The translations under genes and the position numbers were made by a program. From positions 108,033 through 172,032 of the forward strand of contig DASWNF010000014.1 of the NCBI GenBank assembly GCA_036399335.1: a stretch of DNA of 64,000 nucleotides, written 5' to 3'. Source of the stretch: Minisyncoccota bacterium. GTDB taxonomy: Bacteria > Patescibacteriota > Minisyncoccia > Phycocordibacterales > Phycocordibacteraceae. The notes beneath the pieces were generated by a model that searched no databases, was not told where the DNA came from, and saw only the letters and a list, made by a program, of their open reading frames with translations. Shown here in pieces: positions 1 to 7,831 of this stretch (its first letter is position 1; every line of letters starts with the position of its first letter).

Positions 1-33
1 TCATGTGATACAATACTAGCACAGCCCATTTTT

Positions 34-1038
34 ATGTCAAGTCCTTCCGACGATGTCCAGGTAGCCGCCGCCCCGCTCAAGATCCGGGACCAAGCGCTCG
101 ATAGTACGCTCCGGCCTTCGGCCTGGGACGAATATGTCGGCCAGGGGCACGTAAAGGCGAACGTACAGATAGTCCTCCAGGCCGCAAAGAAGCGCGGCGA
201 CATGCCCGAACACCTCCTCTTCTACGGGCCGCCGGGCGTCGGCAAGACCACGCTCGCCCACTTGATCGCGCGCTCGCTTGAGGCTCCGTTCAAGAGCACG
301 TCGGGCGTCGCCATCGAGCGCGCGGGCGACCTCGCCGCCATCCTGACGAACCTCGAGCCGGGCACCGTGCTCTTTATCGACGAGATCCACCAGCTCTCAT
401 CCAAGATCGAGGAACTCCTCTACCCGGCGCTCGAGAACGGCACGCTCGACATCGTACTCGGTAAAGGCCCGTCGGCGCGCACCGTCGAACTCGCGCTTCC
501 GCCCTTTACGCTCGTGGGTGCCACTACCCGCGTTGCGCAATTGTCGGGCCCGCTTCGCTCACGCTTCGGCGGCGGCGTGTACCAGCTCGATTTTTATAGC
601 GACGACGACCTCCGTGCCATCATCGCGCGCTCGGCGCGCGTCCTCTCCGTGTCCGCCTCAAGCGAAGTCGTCGACAAGATAGCCTCGCGCAGCCGTGCTA
701 CGCCGCGCGTGGCTAACGCCCTACTGAAGCGCGTGCGCGACTTCGCGCAGGTGCACGAGCAAGACCTCTCGCCGCAAGTGTGCGATGAAGCCTGCAAACT
801 CTTCGGCATCGACTCGCTCGGCCTCACCAAGGACGACCGCCGGTACCTTGAGACCTTGCGCGACGCATTCAAGGGCGGGCCGGCCGGCCTTCGCGCGCTC
901 GCGAGCCATCTCCACGAGGACCCGGATACCGTCGAGAACCTCTATGAGCCGTACCTCCTCCGCCTTACCTTCATTGAGCGTTCGCCGCGCGGACGCATCC
1001 TGACCGATAAGGGCCGCGAGTACCTCGCTAAGGGATAA
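34..1038 (+). CDS. ruvB: Holliday junction branch-migration ATPase RuvB
   Basis: 334 aa ORF; Walker A GPPGVGKTT, Walker B FIDEIHQL, RuvB C-terminal winged helix; extended -10 TGATACAAT ~19 nt upstream, no SD. Confidence 0.9.
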   Translation: MSSPSDDVQVAAAPLKIRDQALDSTLRPSAWDEYVGQGHVKANVQIVLQAAKKRGDMPEHLLFYGPPGVGKTTLAHLIARSLEAPFKSTSGVAIERAGDLAAILTNLEPGTVLFIDEIHQLSSKIEELLYPALENGTLDIVLGKGPSARTVELALPPFTLVGATTRVAQLSGPLRSRFGGGVYQLDFYSDDDLRAIIARSARVLSVSASSEVVDKIASRSRATPRVANALLKRVRDFAQVHEQDLSPQVCDEACKLFGIDSLGLTKDDRRYLETLRDAFKGGPAGLRALASHLHEDPDTVENLYEPYLLRLTFIERSPRGRILTDKGREYLAKG

Positions 1039-1219
1039 GCCCGAAGATGAGCGGGCGGCACGAGCTTACGAAGTCGCACTGCCCCGTCGTCGTGTCGCAA
1101 ATTTCTACTTTCTCCGTATCGCAGGATTCGATGATGAATCCAAGCGCAATAAGTATCGCCGCGAGCGCGAGGAAATAGACCGTAAGGGGTATGGTTCCAG
1201 GGGCTTCGGGCTCAGGCAT
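1028..1219 (-). CDS. small hypothetical membrane protein (one TM helix, Cys-rich N-terminus)
   Basis: 63 aa ORF with hydrophobic segment LALAAILIALGFII; TAGTAT -10-like box 9 nt upstream; overlaps ruvB stop by 11 nt; weak. Confidence 0.2.
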   Translation of the reverse strand: MPEPEAPGTIPLTVYFLALAAILIALGFIIESCDTEKVEICDTTTGQCDFVSSCRPLIFGLIP

Positions 1220-1254
1220 ATGCCCATACTAGCAGTAGCCGCACCGGTTTTGCA

Positions 1255-1503
1255 TCATCCTCCGCTTTTTTTGATGAGTTCGAGCTTCTTCGTGCGCGGC
1301 CACGCTTTAATCTCCGCTTCGCGCCTGAGGGCGCTTGAGCGGTCTTCGCAGGTTTCCGTATGCGCCATGCGCACGGCTTTTTTCGCGGCCGTGTAGTTAC
1401 TCCCCCTCCCGCTTACATGCTCCCTAAAGCGCCGCTCGACGTCCGTCGTGATGCCGGTGTAGAGCGTACCGTCAGCGCACTCGAGCAAGTAAACGAAGTA
1501 CAT
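1255..1503 (-). CDS. GIY-YIG nuclease superfamily protein (UPF0213-like)
   Basis: Internal Met start of the 1255..1911 ORF; 82 aa MYFVYLLECADGTLYTGITTDVERRFREH matches GIY-YIG core; the 5' extension of that ORF overlaps the next gene and is composition-biased, so it is rejected. Confidence 0.7.
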   Translation of the reverse strand: MYFVYLLECADGTLYTGITTDVERRFREHVSGRGSNYTAAKKAVRMAHTETCEDRSSALRREAEIKAWPRTKKLELIKKSGG

Positions 1504-1519
1504 CAGTTTATGCGCAGCC

Positions 1520-1939
1520 CTATGACGCAGACTGCTCGCAATACCTCTTGAAGGAATTGAGGATGGCCTGCCATCCAGCACGCTGAAGCTCGTGCGCGTT
1601 TTCCGCCTCCGGCTCGAATGTCTGGGTGATATGGGTCGTCTCACCTTCCTGTGCAAAGACGGTTTCCACCTTTCGGCCGTCCGCGAGCGTATACGCGAGG
1701 CGCTCATGCATGACCACGTCATCATAGGTGCCGGTGAGGTCGAATCCCTCGCTCCCGTCTTTGGCTTCCATGCGCGAAAGGAAGACGCCTCCGGCACGCA
1801 CGTCATTCTCTGCGTGAGTCGTATGCCAGTCATCGGACGCGCTGTTCCACGCCTTGATGGCCTCGGTGCTCGTAAAGTCTCTCCATACGTTCTCAATGGG
1901 AGCGTGTACACGCGTCTCTACGGTAATTCGTTCGTCCAT
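1520..1939 (-). CDS. SRPBCC/AHSA1-family (activator of Hsp90 ATPase homolog-like) protein
   Basis: 139 aa; N-terminal ITVETRVHAPIENVWRDFTSTEAIKAW typical of AHSA1/SRPBCC ligand-binding fold. Confidence 0.7.
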   Translation of the reverse strand: MDERITVETRVHAPIENVWRDFTSTEAIKAWNSASDDWHTTHAENDVRAGGVFLSRMEAKDGSEGFDLTGTYDDVVMHERLAYTLADGRKVETVFAQEGETTHITQTFEPEAENAHELQRAGWQAILNSFKRYCEQSAS

Positions 1940-2069
1940 GGGAAAAGTATACCAATAGCGCCTCCGTGCAGTACTCGAAAGACGGTTTCAAATTAAATGG
2001 ACGTCTGCGGCGTTTCGGCACTTTTTCGCAACGTATGATAGGTTTTGTTTAGGTAACAGGAGAACCGAA

Positions 2070-2480
2070 ATGAGTAGTCCCGGCTTTGGCGCTAGGGCTC
2101 GGTCCCTGCGCAAGAAACTTGGATTAAACCCGATCCAGGCAGCCCTTGCGCTGAACATTAAGGCTCCCTCGCGAATTGAGGATATGGAACGCACCGGGGT
2201 TAGTCCCTGGACCTTCGAGGCACTCGAGTCTGCGTATTCCGCATTTCTGCACGCTGGCCCAACGTCTAGGGGGAGGAACCTGCTTTTCGGGCAGCTCCCT
2301 ATCTCAGTGGCGCGTAGCCTTCTACGCTTATCCGTTGAGGAAATAGCTGAGCGGTGTGGCTACTCCGTTTCCTTCTGGATGAGGATGGAGGCGGACCATC
2401 GGCCCCTCCGTGCTGATGTACTTAAACGGCTCGAAGCCGACGTTAAAGAAGAGGTTCGAAGGACTATTTTAAAATGCTAA
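2070..2480 (+). CDS. hypothetical protein with helix-turn-helix-like segments (possible XRE-type regulator)
   Basis: 136 aa; SD AGGAGAACC 6 nt upstream of ATG; two HTH-like segments (LGLNPIQAALALNI, LSVEEIAERCGYS); lies at the left edge of the low-GC island. Confidence 0.5.
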   Translation: MSSPGFGARARSLRKKLGLNPIQAALALNIKAPSRIEDMERTGVSPWTFEALESAYSAFLHAGPTSRGRNLLFGQLPISVARSLLRLSVEEIAERCGYSVSFWMRMEADHRPLRADVLKRLEADVKEEVRRTILKC

Positions 2481-2522
2481 TCGCCCACAGGTCGCCCGAC
2501 CTAGTTGGGCGATTCTGTTTAT
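2479..2522 (+). terminator. rho-independent terminator after the HTH gene
   Basis: 9-bp stem AATCGCCCA/TGGGCGATT followed by CTGTTTATT. Confidence 0.5.
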
Positions 2523-2537
2523 TGCTGGCTTAGGAAC
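2522..2537 (+). repeat. short copy (L) of the interspersed repeat family: TTGCTGGCTTAGGAAC
   Basis: Shares TTGCTGGC...GGAAC ends with the family consensus; sits directly after a terminator like copies A, G, H and K. Confidence 0.45.
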
Positions 2538-3002
2538 AACTAAGCCTTATAAAAAGTGGGCCGTTGCGCGAAGCAACGGCCCGTGGATCCTACCAGACGA
2601 GTGAGTTTCCTCACTAGCCAAAACGTCGCACCTGAAAGCGCATAATGACTCGTCTCCGAAGCTTCGGCGGGTGGCTTGAGCCCTCGCACGATACGGCTAT
2701 CCATTTGCCCTTAACGAGCTTTTGAAAGCTGCTTTTAGCCACTACTTTGGGGCCTTAGCTGTCGGTTAGGGATTATCCCTCTATGGTTTCCTTGACCAAG
2801 GATTTTCAGTCTTAATGCGGAAACCACCTCAGATCCGTATTTAGCCTAGCACCATCAAAGGACTTGTCCAGTACAGGTGTGGATGCTGGGTACGCGTCGC
2901 ACCGCTTCCGGTGCGGCCACGAGACACACGGCACTTTGCCGCTCTGACGCACTGCCCGCAGCCAGCGAGAAGCCCGCTTCCTCACGGCAGCGGGCTTTTT
3001 TC
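2538..3002 (+). ncRNA. candidate structured non-coding RNA (~460 nt), unclassified
   Basis: No credible ORF on either strand; many local hairpins (GGGCCGTTGC/GCAACGGCCC, CCGAAGCTTCGG, AGGGATTATCCCT, GCACCGCTTCCGGTGC); ends in a strong terminator AGCCCGCttcctcacggcAGCGGGCTTTTTT at 2971-3002; flanked by repeat copies L and A. Confidence 0.35.
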
Positions 3003-3007
3003 TTACC

Positions 3008-3028
3008 GGGCGGTAGGATGTTGGAATC
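3008..3028 (+). repeat. partial copy (A) of the interspersed repeat: GGATGTTGGAATC
   Basis: 3' half of the consensus ...GATGTTGGAAC; immediately follows a terminator. Confidence 0.4.
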
Positions 3029-3030
3029 TA

Positions 3031-3531
3031 CTAATCCTGTGCAACTTCTTCCGAGACACTTTGGTTGCGCGTAAGTATTAATCGAGGTTCACCCGTATCG
3101 TCGTAATTTTCCTCTCTGCCGGTAATTTGGAAATCATAGGATTGATACAACTTAACCGCATTATTTTCAGGGTGAACTCTTAACCAGACTTGCGGAGCAC
3201 TCTTCAGGTGCTCAAGGATTTGTTCCAATGCCCTGCGTCCAAGGCCTTGTTTCTGATATTCAGGGTCTATCGCAAGGCCGTTGATGTACGCTCTTCCATC
3301 TTCTTCTATTGCGTACGAGGCTGCCCCCACTACCTGGTCTCCTCGTCTTATAAAAAACATTGGTCCCTTCCTATACTCCTCTTCAGCCTCTGAACGATCT
3401 TGAGCGGCCGCATATGTTTTGCCCTGGACTTTCTTCTCCAACGCGACATACGCCTCAAGGTCGTCGAGCGTCATGCGTTGAAGCTCTATAGGCATTTGGG
3501 GGCCTCGCTCGCCCTTACTTTCAACTGACAT
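3031..3531 (-). CDS. GNAT family N-acetyltransferase
   Basis: Acetyl-CoA binding motif QKQGLGRRALEQILEH; 3031..3582 ORF with likely start at an internal Met; low-GC codon usage. Confidence 0.7.
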   Translation of the reverse strand: MSVESKGERGPQMPIELQRMTLDDLEAYVALEKKVQGKTYAAAQDRSEAEEEYRKGPMFFIRRGDQVVGAASYAIEEDGRAYINGLAIDPEYQKQGLGRRALEQILEHLKSAPQVWLRVHPENNAVKLYQSYDFQITGREENYDDTGEPRLILTRNQSVSEEVAQD

Positions 3532-3589
3532 GTCGAAAGTATAGCAGCCAAGCAAATGCTGGGCTCTGAAACGATGTCGCATCCTGCTG

Positions 3590-4063
3590 TTATAAGTAGG
3601 ATGCGAACTCTTCGTCAGAAAGTTCTAGAAGGGTCGCGTCTCGCGAAATGGGGAGCGTGGTCATCTCAACTCCCATCCAAGGTAAGGGGACGAAATTCTC
3701 CGCCTCTTCCACTGAGGTAAACTCCACTTCGGCACGCATTAAACCCTCATACTTGCCACGATATACCTGTATAGAGATTTTTGGGTTCTCAGAAATGTCG
3801 TAGCGATCTCTAACTAAGGCGTCTGGTGCTACTTTCTTGAGTGTATCGAACTCCTCAGCTGAAATTTCCTTCTTCTCTCGAGTGCGCTCTAAACTAGATA
3901 AAAGTTCCTTTCTTTCATAAAAGTACTTCTCATTTATTTTGGAAATCCTCTCCTCAATATTACCTTCGTTCTTTAGGATATGTCGTTCGTAGTGAAGTGG
4001 GGCTATGCCAGACATGTTAGGCATTTCCCTTACATAAAACTTTCGCTCGATTTCATTTTGCAT
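3590..4063 (-). CDS. CYTH-domain protein (triphosphate tunnel metalloenzyme family)
   Basis: 157 aa; N-terminal EIERKFYV signature of the CYTH/CyaB-ThTPase family; AT-rich; 8 nt upstream of the GNAT gene, so probably co-transcribed. Confidence 0.65.
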   Translation of the reverse strand: MQNEIERKFYVREMPNMSGIAPLHYERHILKNEGNIEERISKINEKYFYERKELLSSLERTREKKEISAEEFDTLKKVAPDALVRDRYDISENPKISIQVYRGKYEGLMRAEVEFTSVEEAENFVPLPWMGVEMTTLPISRDATLLELSDEEFASYL

Positions 4064-4067
4064 AATC

Positions 4068-4370
4068 TCAGGCAGCTTTACATACTTTTTTGGTCACGGC
4101 ATCAACAAATAAACGGAAAGCCGGTCGCCTCTCTTTCTCCCAAATAACCCTTACTCCAAGGATGTGCTTATTGGGGCATGCAAATGTTTCTTCCGCGGTA
4201 GGGACTGCCGAATTGATGATGCGATCTAAGTACATACGCCTCAGCGTACCCGGTCCGTCTTTTTGATAAAGGCAGATGTGCTTCGAACATTTTTCGCAGG
4301 CGATATCCAAAAGTCGAGCATATCCCCCACGAGACTTTCTGTACTTGTCGCTTTTAAGGAGACTAGTCAT
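4068..4370 (-). CDS. small Cys-rich (zinc-ribbon-like) hypothetical protein
   Basis: ~100 aa from an internal Met (MTSLLKSD...); CEKCSKHIC...CPNKH spacing; TACAAT -10-like box 9 nt upstream; the 5' extension of the ORF runs through repeat copy B and is rejected. Confidence 0.45.
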   Translation of the reverse strand: MTSLLKSDKYRKSRGGYARLLDIACEKCSKHICLYQKDGPGTLRRMYLDRIINSAVPTAEETFACPNKHILGVRVIWEKERRPAFRLFVDAVTKKVCKAA

Positions 4371-4389
4371 GCAGTGATTGTAACAACGA

Positions 4390-4418
4390 TTGCTGCACTC
4401 TGGGGCGATGTTGGAACC
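4390..4418 (+). repeat. interspersed repeat copy B: TTGCTGCACTCTGGGGCGATGTTGGAACC
   Basis: Near-consensus copy in the gap between two minus-strand island genes. Confidence 0.6.
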
Positions 4419-4425
4419 AGTATTT

Positions 4426-5097
4426 CTAGTATTTGTCCCCTTCTTCGATAGCAATAACTGGCAATTTATATCCTTCGGTTAGAAGTACCTGCTGTATTTC
4501 ACTTACTCGACCCCTCGGCGCTTCAATATGAGTGAATTTCTTGATAGAAATTGGCTCTAATACCCTATCTTCATGCAAGTCGACAAATTCAGAGCCATGG
4601 GTAATTGCATAGGCTTCGCGTTCAACGCCAATTAGAATTGGGTAGTTGGATGATATATCTGTACCGCCGCGAAGAAGAAGATAAAAAAGCGATTGGTTTT
4701 TGTGGGTAAACTTCGCTATGAATGTCGCGGCCTTACTCCTATAGCCAACAGTAAACGGAAGCGGTACGCGTTCCTTCCAAGCGACCCATACGCTTGGAAG
4801 GAGGTAGCGACAGCACCAGAGGCAACGGTTACAGAGCTCTTGCAAACTTCTCTGGCTTTTTGGGAAAAAGAGGCTTGCATACAAGCGTGCGTACCCTCGC
4901 GAACGGGCAAATGATACTGACCGTGCATGCGGACGCTTTTGGTCTGAAGCGTCGTCATAAATAGAGAGTCCACCTTCGTGCAGTATTCCTTTTAAAATAT
5001 CCATGACTTCTCCATTTTCATATTTATAGCGGCCGGTTCCATGCCAAGAACCAATGTTCTCGTAAAGCTCTTCAATTTTTGAGCTGGGTTCACGCAT
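4426..5097 (-). CDS. hypothetical protein (223 aa), low-GC island cargo
   Basis: Long ORF with AT-rich codon usage distinct from the core genome; no recognisable domain. Confidence 0.5.
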   Translation of the reverse strand: MREPSSKIEELYENIGSWHGTGRYKYENGEVMDILKGILHEGGLSIYDDASDQKRPHARSVSFARSRGYARLYASLFFPKSQRSLQELCNRCLWCCRYLLPSVWVAWKERVPLPFTVGYRSKAATFIAKFTHKNQSLFYLLLRGGTDISSNYPILIGVEREAYAITHGSEFVDLHEDRVLEPISIKKFTHIEAPRGRVSEIQQVLLTEGYKLPVIAIEEGDKY

Positions 5098-5123
5098 AGA
5101 TATAGAAACTATACCAATACTAA

Positions 5124-5149
5124 TTGCTGGACTCTGTGATGTTGGAGCC
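5124..5149 (+). repeat. interspersed repeat copy C: TTGCTGGACTCTGTGATGTTGGAGCC
   Basis: Shortened copy of the consensus. Confidence 0.5.
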
Positions 5150-5205
5150 CTTTTACAGTATGCAATTAGAAGCCCCCGGGATGTTGGTCCCGGGGGCGAG
5201 GCGCT

Positions 5206-5853
5206 TCACGAGAGCGCGAGGGCTTGGAGATTTTCTCGTGCCTGCGGCTCAAGGTGTTTGAAGTGCGGGGTGAGGTAGATCTTTGGGCGTTCGAGGAACG
5301 TGGCAGCCCACATCTTCCTGCCCTCATCGTACTCGGCGCGTGTATACCGCGGCTCGTATTCGAGCCAGATGGCTTCCGTTTGCGACTGGAAGTACGCAGG
5401 GTCCTGTCCCAGCCCCCAGAGATCGAGGTCGATGAGCGGTGCGACGATGTTGACGAAGCGCTCATCCACGCATTCCAGGGTATGGGTGATAGTCGCGGTA
5501 ATGCCCTGGTACACGAGCTCTTCAAGAGGCGGGTGCCGTTCACCGTCACGGCGTTGCAGGTCTTCAATTGCCAGCCGAGCGCTTTCACGCTCGCTCTCAC
5601 CGTGTTCACGACCGACCTTAAGCCAGCGGTCGTGGCTCACGATAAGGAATTTAAGCAGAAGGAGCTCGTTCCCCATCAACACGAGGCCGCGCGCCCCTTC
5701 CAGCATGCCGAGGATATGGTTGGCATCATGGTACGTCCGCCACCTCTCGGAATAGGAGCAGCAGAGAGGCTCGACTGCCGCATAGGGGATGCCGAGCTCG
5801 CCGTAGATTTCGGTAACGGCCAGCCGCAGTTCGTCTGTCGGACTAAATTTCAC
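5206..5853 (-). CDS. hypothetical protein, possible HD-type metal-dependent phosphohydrolase
   Basis: 215 aa; GTG start with strong SD GAGGAGGG 4 nt upstream; His/Asp motifs (RTYHDANH, IVSHD) reminiscent of HD hydrolases; a competing 224-aa antisense ORF (5224..5898) is judged less likely. Confidence 0.45.
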   Translation of the reverse strand: MKFSPTDELRLAVTEIYGELGIPYAAVEPLCCSYSERWRTYHDANHILGMLEGARGLVLMGNELLLLKFLIVSHDRWLKVGREHGESERESARLAIEDLQRRDGERHPPLEELVYQGITATITHTLECVDERFVNIVAPLIDLDLWGLGQDPAYFQSQTEAIWLEYEPRYTRAEYDEGRKMWAATFLERPKIYLTPHFKHLEPQARENLQALALS

Positions 5854-5979
5854 AACGCCCTCCTCAAAGGTCTATGGTTTAAGCCAGCTTCACGATAATA
5901 CACAATAGTGGATATGTATAGGACGATTGGGCCTGGGATGATGCCGAGGTTTTTATATACAAAACCGCCCCAATCATCG

Positions 5980-5996
5980 TTGCTGGGACGGGCTTC
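5980..5996 (+). repeat. degenerate copy (M) of the interspersed repeat: TTGCTGGGACGGGCTTC
   Basis: Left half plus GGGACG core only; intergenic. Confidence 0.25.
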
Positions 5997-6005
5997 ATGG
6001 TCTGA

Positions 6006-6263
6006 TTAGACCGTTTCGAGCTTGGACGGGGGGACATTGGCTTGGTAACCAGGTCCCCCATTGTCGAAGTTGACTCGTACCACTCCCCCCGCATCTTCGG
6101 GGAGATGCTGGAGTCGAGAGTCCCAGACGTCGCCAATCTCTCCTTTCGGAATCGGCGAGTATCCAGGGAAAGGAACCTCCTCGGTCGTTCGCACCCTGCG
6201 ACCGCCCAGAGAAGGACGAACGGGTACTTGCCCGGCGACTCGGTCATCTTTGATAACAGACAT
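6006..6263 (-). CDS. hypothetical small protein (85 aa)
   Basis: ATG preceded by a canonical SD AGGAGGTG at 8-nt spacing. Confidence 0.5.
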   Translation of the reverse strand: MSVIKDDRVAGQVPVRPSLGGRRVRTTEEVPFPGYSPIPKGEIGDVWDSRLQHLPEDAGGVVRVNFDNGGPGYQANVPPSKLETV

Positions 6264-6316
6264 AACACTCACCTCCTGTCGCTATCTAACTACGAATGCA
6301 CCGCTCTGTCCATTAC

Positions 6317-6338
6317 TGCTCTGGGACGATGTTGGAAC
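6317..6338 (+). repeat. interspersed repeat copy D: TGCTCTGGGACGATGTTGGAAC
   Basis: Consensus core; lies 14 nt upstream of a small plus-strand ORF. Confidence 0.55.
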
Positions 6339-6351
6339 TTTTCTGTACGAA

Positions 6352-6540
6352 ATGCCGCCCATTGACCCGGGCGGCACGGCTCGAGACTTACCGTGTCTCG
6401 AGAGCCTCAACCCGCGCAGGAGGCGGATGCTGGAGGCCTGGGAAAAGTTGGCCGCTCTACCGACCCAACTGGTGCTCTTAAGAAATGCTTTGATCAACGC
6501 TTATCAGCGGGGTTGGCCCAAATGTTACTTTCTGAGATGA
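6352..6540 (+). CDS. hypothetical small protein (62 aa)
   Basis: ATG 14 nt downstream of repeat copy D; no SD; Arg-rich; could be a spurious ORF within the high-GC patch. Confidence 0.25.
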   Translation: MPPIDPGGTARDLPCLESLNPRRRRMLEAWEKLAALPTQLVLLRNALINAYQRGWPKCYFLR

Positions 6541-6625
6541 CCCACCTTTCAAATCACTAAACGTAACAGTTTCACCTTTAGAGCCAAACCCGTATCAACT
6601 TCAACGAGGAAATAGAAGTGTAGTT

Positions 6626-6655
6626 TTGCTGGCAGTCTGGGACGACGTTGGAACC
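6626..6655 (+). repeat. interspersed repeat copy E: TTGCTGGCAGTCTGGGACGACGTTGGAACC (near-consensus)
   Basis: Full-length copy. Confidence 0.65.
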
Positions 6656-6659
6656 TTTA

Positions 6660-6693
6660 TTTAAAAGACCACCCTCTCGCCGCAGCGAGAGGG
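6660..6693 (-). terminator. rho-independent terminator of the minus-strand gene 6715..6975
   Basis: Stem CCCTCTCGC/GCGAGAGGG followed by TGGTCTTTT on the minus strand. Confidence 0.5.
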
Positions 6694-6714
6694 GATCTCG
6701 CGGACATTGGGTGG

Positions 6715-6975
6715 TCAGCCTTGTGGCGGCTTATACGGCCTGGTACCGCCGCGCATGGCCATGACAGGAATCGGGAACGCATCGTTGAAGTCGTGGCCGC
6801 CTTCCTCTTCGAGGATCAGGACGACGGCATCGCAAATCGAGTCGAGCTCTTCTTGTTGCATGCCCATGAACTTCTTGGAATAAAGACGCGCCATGACATG
6901 CGAGGTTGTCGGGTCGATGCTGTTCTCCCCCGTGTCATCCGAAATGAAGGTTACGGTCGTCGAGTCGAGGAGCAT
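6715..6975 (-). CDS. hypothetical small acidic protein (86 aa)
   Basis: AGGAG 10 nt upstream of ATG; followed by a terminator. Confidence 0.4.
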   Translation of the reverse strand: MLLDSTTVTFISDDTGENSIDPTTSHVMARLYSKKFMGMQQEELDSICDAVVLILEEEGGHDFNDAFPIPVMAMRGGTRPYKPPQG

Positions 6976-7141
6976 TCCGAGTCGCTCCTGATAGAGCTGT
7001 TGAATCCGAGCACGAATTCTGCGCTTCTGCTCCGCTCACTTGCGTAGAAGCCTGAAATATCAACGATCGGCATGACGCCTCTCCCTTTGTGCTGTTGCAG
7101 GGATTAATATAGCACATATTCACCAGCTTGTCATCACTTCC

Positions 7142-7171
7142 GTGCTGGCAGTCTGGGACGATGTTGGAACC
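7142..7171 (+). repeat. interspersed repeat copy F: GTGCTGGCAGTCTGGGACGATGTTGGAACC (consensus)
   Basis: Full-length copy. Confidence 0.65.
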
Positions 7172-7326
7172 TTTCATACGCTGTGGTAGCTTCTTAGCAC
7201 TTGGCAGGAGGCGTCGGAAAGCTACGGACTATCCGCAGGGATAGAAACGGCACGAGTCGGCATGCATCTGTCCGTTGAACCTACGTAACAGCGAAAGCGA
7301 GGTTGGCAGTTCGGAAAGACGACATC

Positions 7327-7358
7327 GGAGCTTGGTTAAACTAAACCAAGCTCCTTTT
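7327..7358 (+). terminator. rho-independent terminator
   Basis: GGAGCTTGGTTaaactaAACCAAGCTCC followed by TTTTATT; repeat copy G begins right after it. Confidence 0.6.
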
Positions 7359-7359
7359 A

Positions 7360-7388
7360 TTGCTGGCAGTCTGGGACGACGTTGGGAC
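7360..7388 (+). repeat. interspersed repeat copy G: TTGCTGGCAGTCTGGGACGACGTTGGGAC
   Basis: Full-length copy immediately after a terminator. Confidence 0.65.
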
Positions 7389-7694
7389 TTTTTTATCCCC
7401 AGATAGGCACTTATGCTAAACTCGTCACAGATGGCGTGATGCCTGGTACGTAGTACGGAGCAACCCTCTTAGGGCCACTGCTAGTTACCAGTCACGAAAG
7501 GCTTGAAAACGCACCCGTAGCACCCACCATAGCCCTTCCCAGCCCCCTGTTGAGTAGTGCGACCTACTCGTCGCAACAGGGTCGTGGAGGGGTTACTAGG
7601 CAGAAGAACGGCATGCGGCTGGAAGGAGTGTGCGTAAACTCCACTGGTGACATCGCGCCATTGCAGAGAGCACCCGTAAGGGTGTTTTCTGTTT
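7389..7694 (+). ncRNA. candidate structured non-coding RNA (~300 nt), unclassified
   Basis: No credible ORF; nested helices (CCCTGTTG...CAACAGGG enclosing GAGTAG/CTACTC); ends with a GNRA-capped hairpin CACCCgtaaGGGTG plus TTTTCTGTTT terminator at 7671-7694; bounded by repeat copies G and H. Confidence 0.3.
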
Positions 7695-7697
7695 CCC

Positions 7698-7724
7698 TGC
7701 TGGGGTCTGAACGATGCTGGAATC
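7698..7724 (+). repeat. interspersed repeat copy H (divergent): TGCTGGGGTCTGAACGATGCTGGAATC
   Basis: Diverged copy following a terminator. Confidence 0.45.
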
Positions 7725-7734
7725 AAGCTGGGTA

Positions 7735-7765
7735 TTGACAGACTTATTTAAGAGCAGTAAAAAAT
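7735..7765 (+). promoter_or_regulatory. sigma70-like promoter TTGACA-17 nt-TAAAAAAT
   Basis: Near-consensus -35 with 17-nt spacer and an A/T -10; upstream of the 7832 ORF. Confidence 0.45.
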
Positions 7766-7831
7766 ATTACCGCCAAGGTGGCGGTTGCCTGCGAGGAAAT
7801 GTGGGTAAGCATCCTGGAATGGGAGGCTCTA

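Noticed and set aside
1255-1911. Full 218-aa minus-strand ORF
   Set aside because: Only the C-terminal 82 aa are GIY-YIG-like; the N-terminal 136 aa are Arg/Ser/Pro-biased and overlap the well-supported SRPBCC gene in another frame.
2700-2780. Possible tmRNA tag-like reading frame (…AAFSHYFGALAVG*) in the 2538-3002 non-coding segment
   Set aside because: No tRNA-like acceptor or T-arm (GGTTCGANTCC) at the ends of the segment and the tag does not end in the usual ALAA; judged coincidental.
5224-5898. 224-aa plus-strand ORF antisense to the HD-like gene
   Set aside because: No SD or promoter, Arg/Leu-biased composition typical of antisense frames in GC-rich DNA; the minus-strand gene has a strong SD and domain-like motifs.
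6935-7177. 80-aa minus-strand ORF
   Set aside because: Runs through repeat copy F and overlaps the 6715..6975 gene; no start signals.
7630-7645. GTAAACTCCAC resembling a conserved segment of bacterial RNase P RNA, inside the 7389-7694 non-coding unit near rnpA-bearing DNA
   Set aside because: The other universally conserved RNase P RNA elements (GGAAAGTCCGG and ACAGAAnCCGGCTTA of P4, GGGTGAAA) are not present nearby on either strand; an isolated 11-mer is insufficient.
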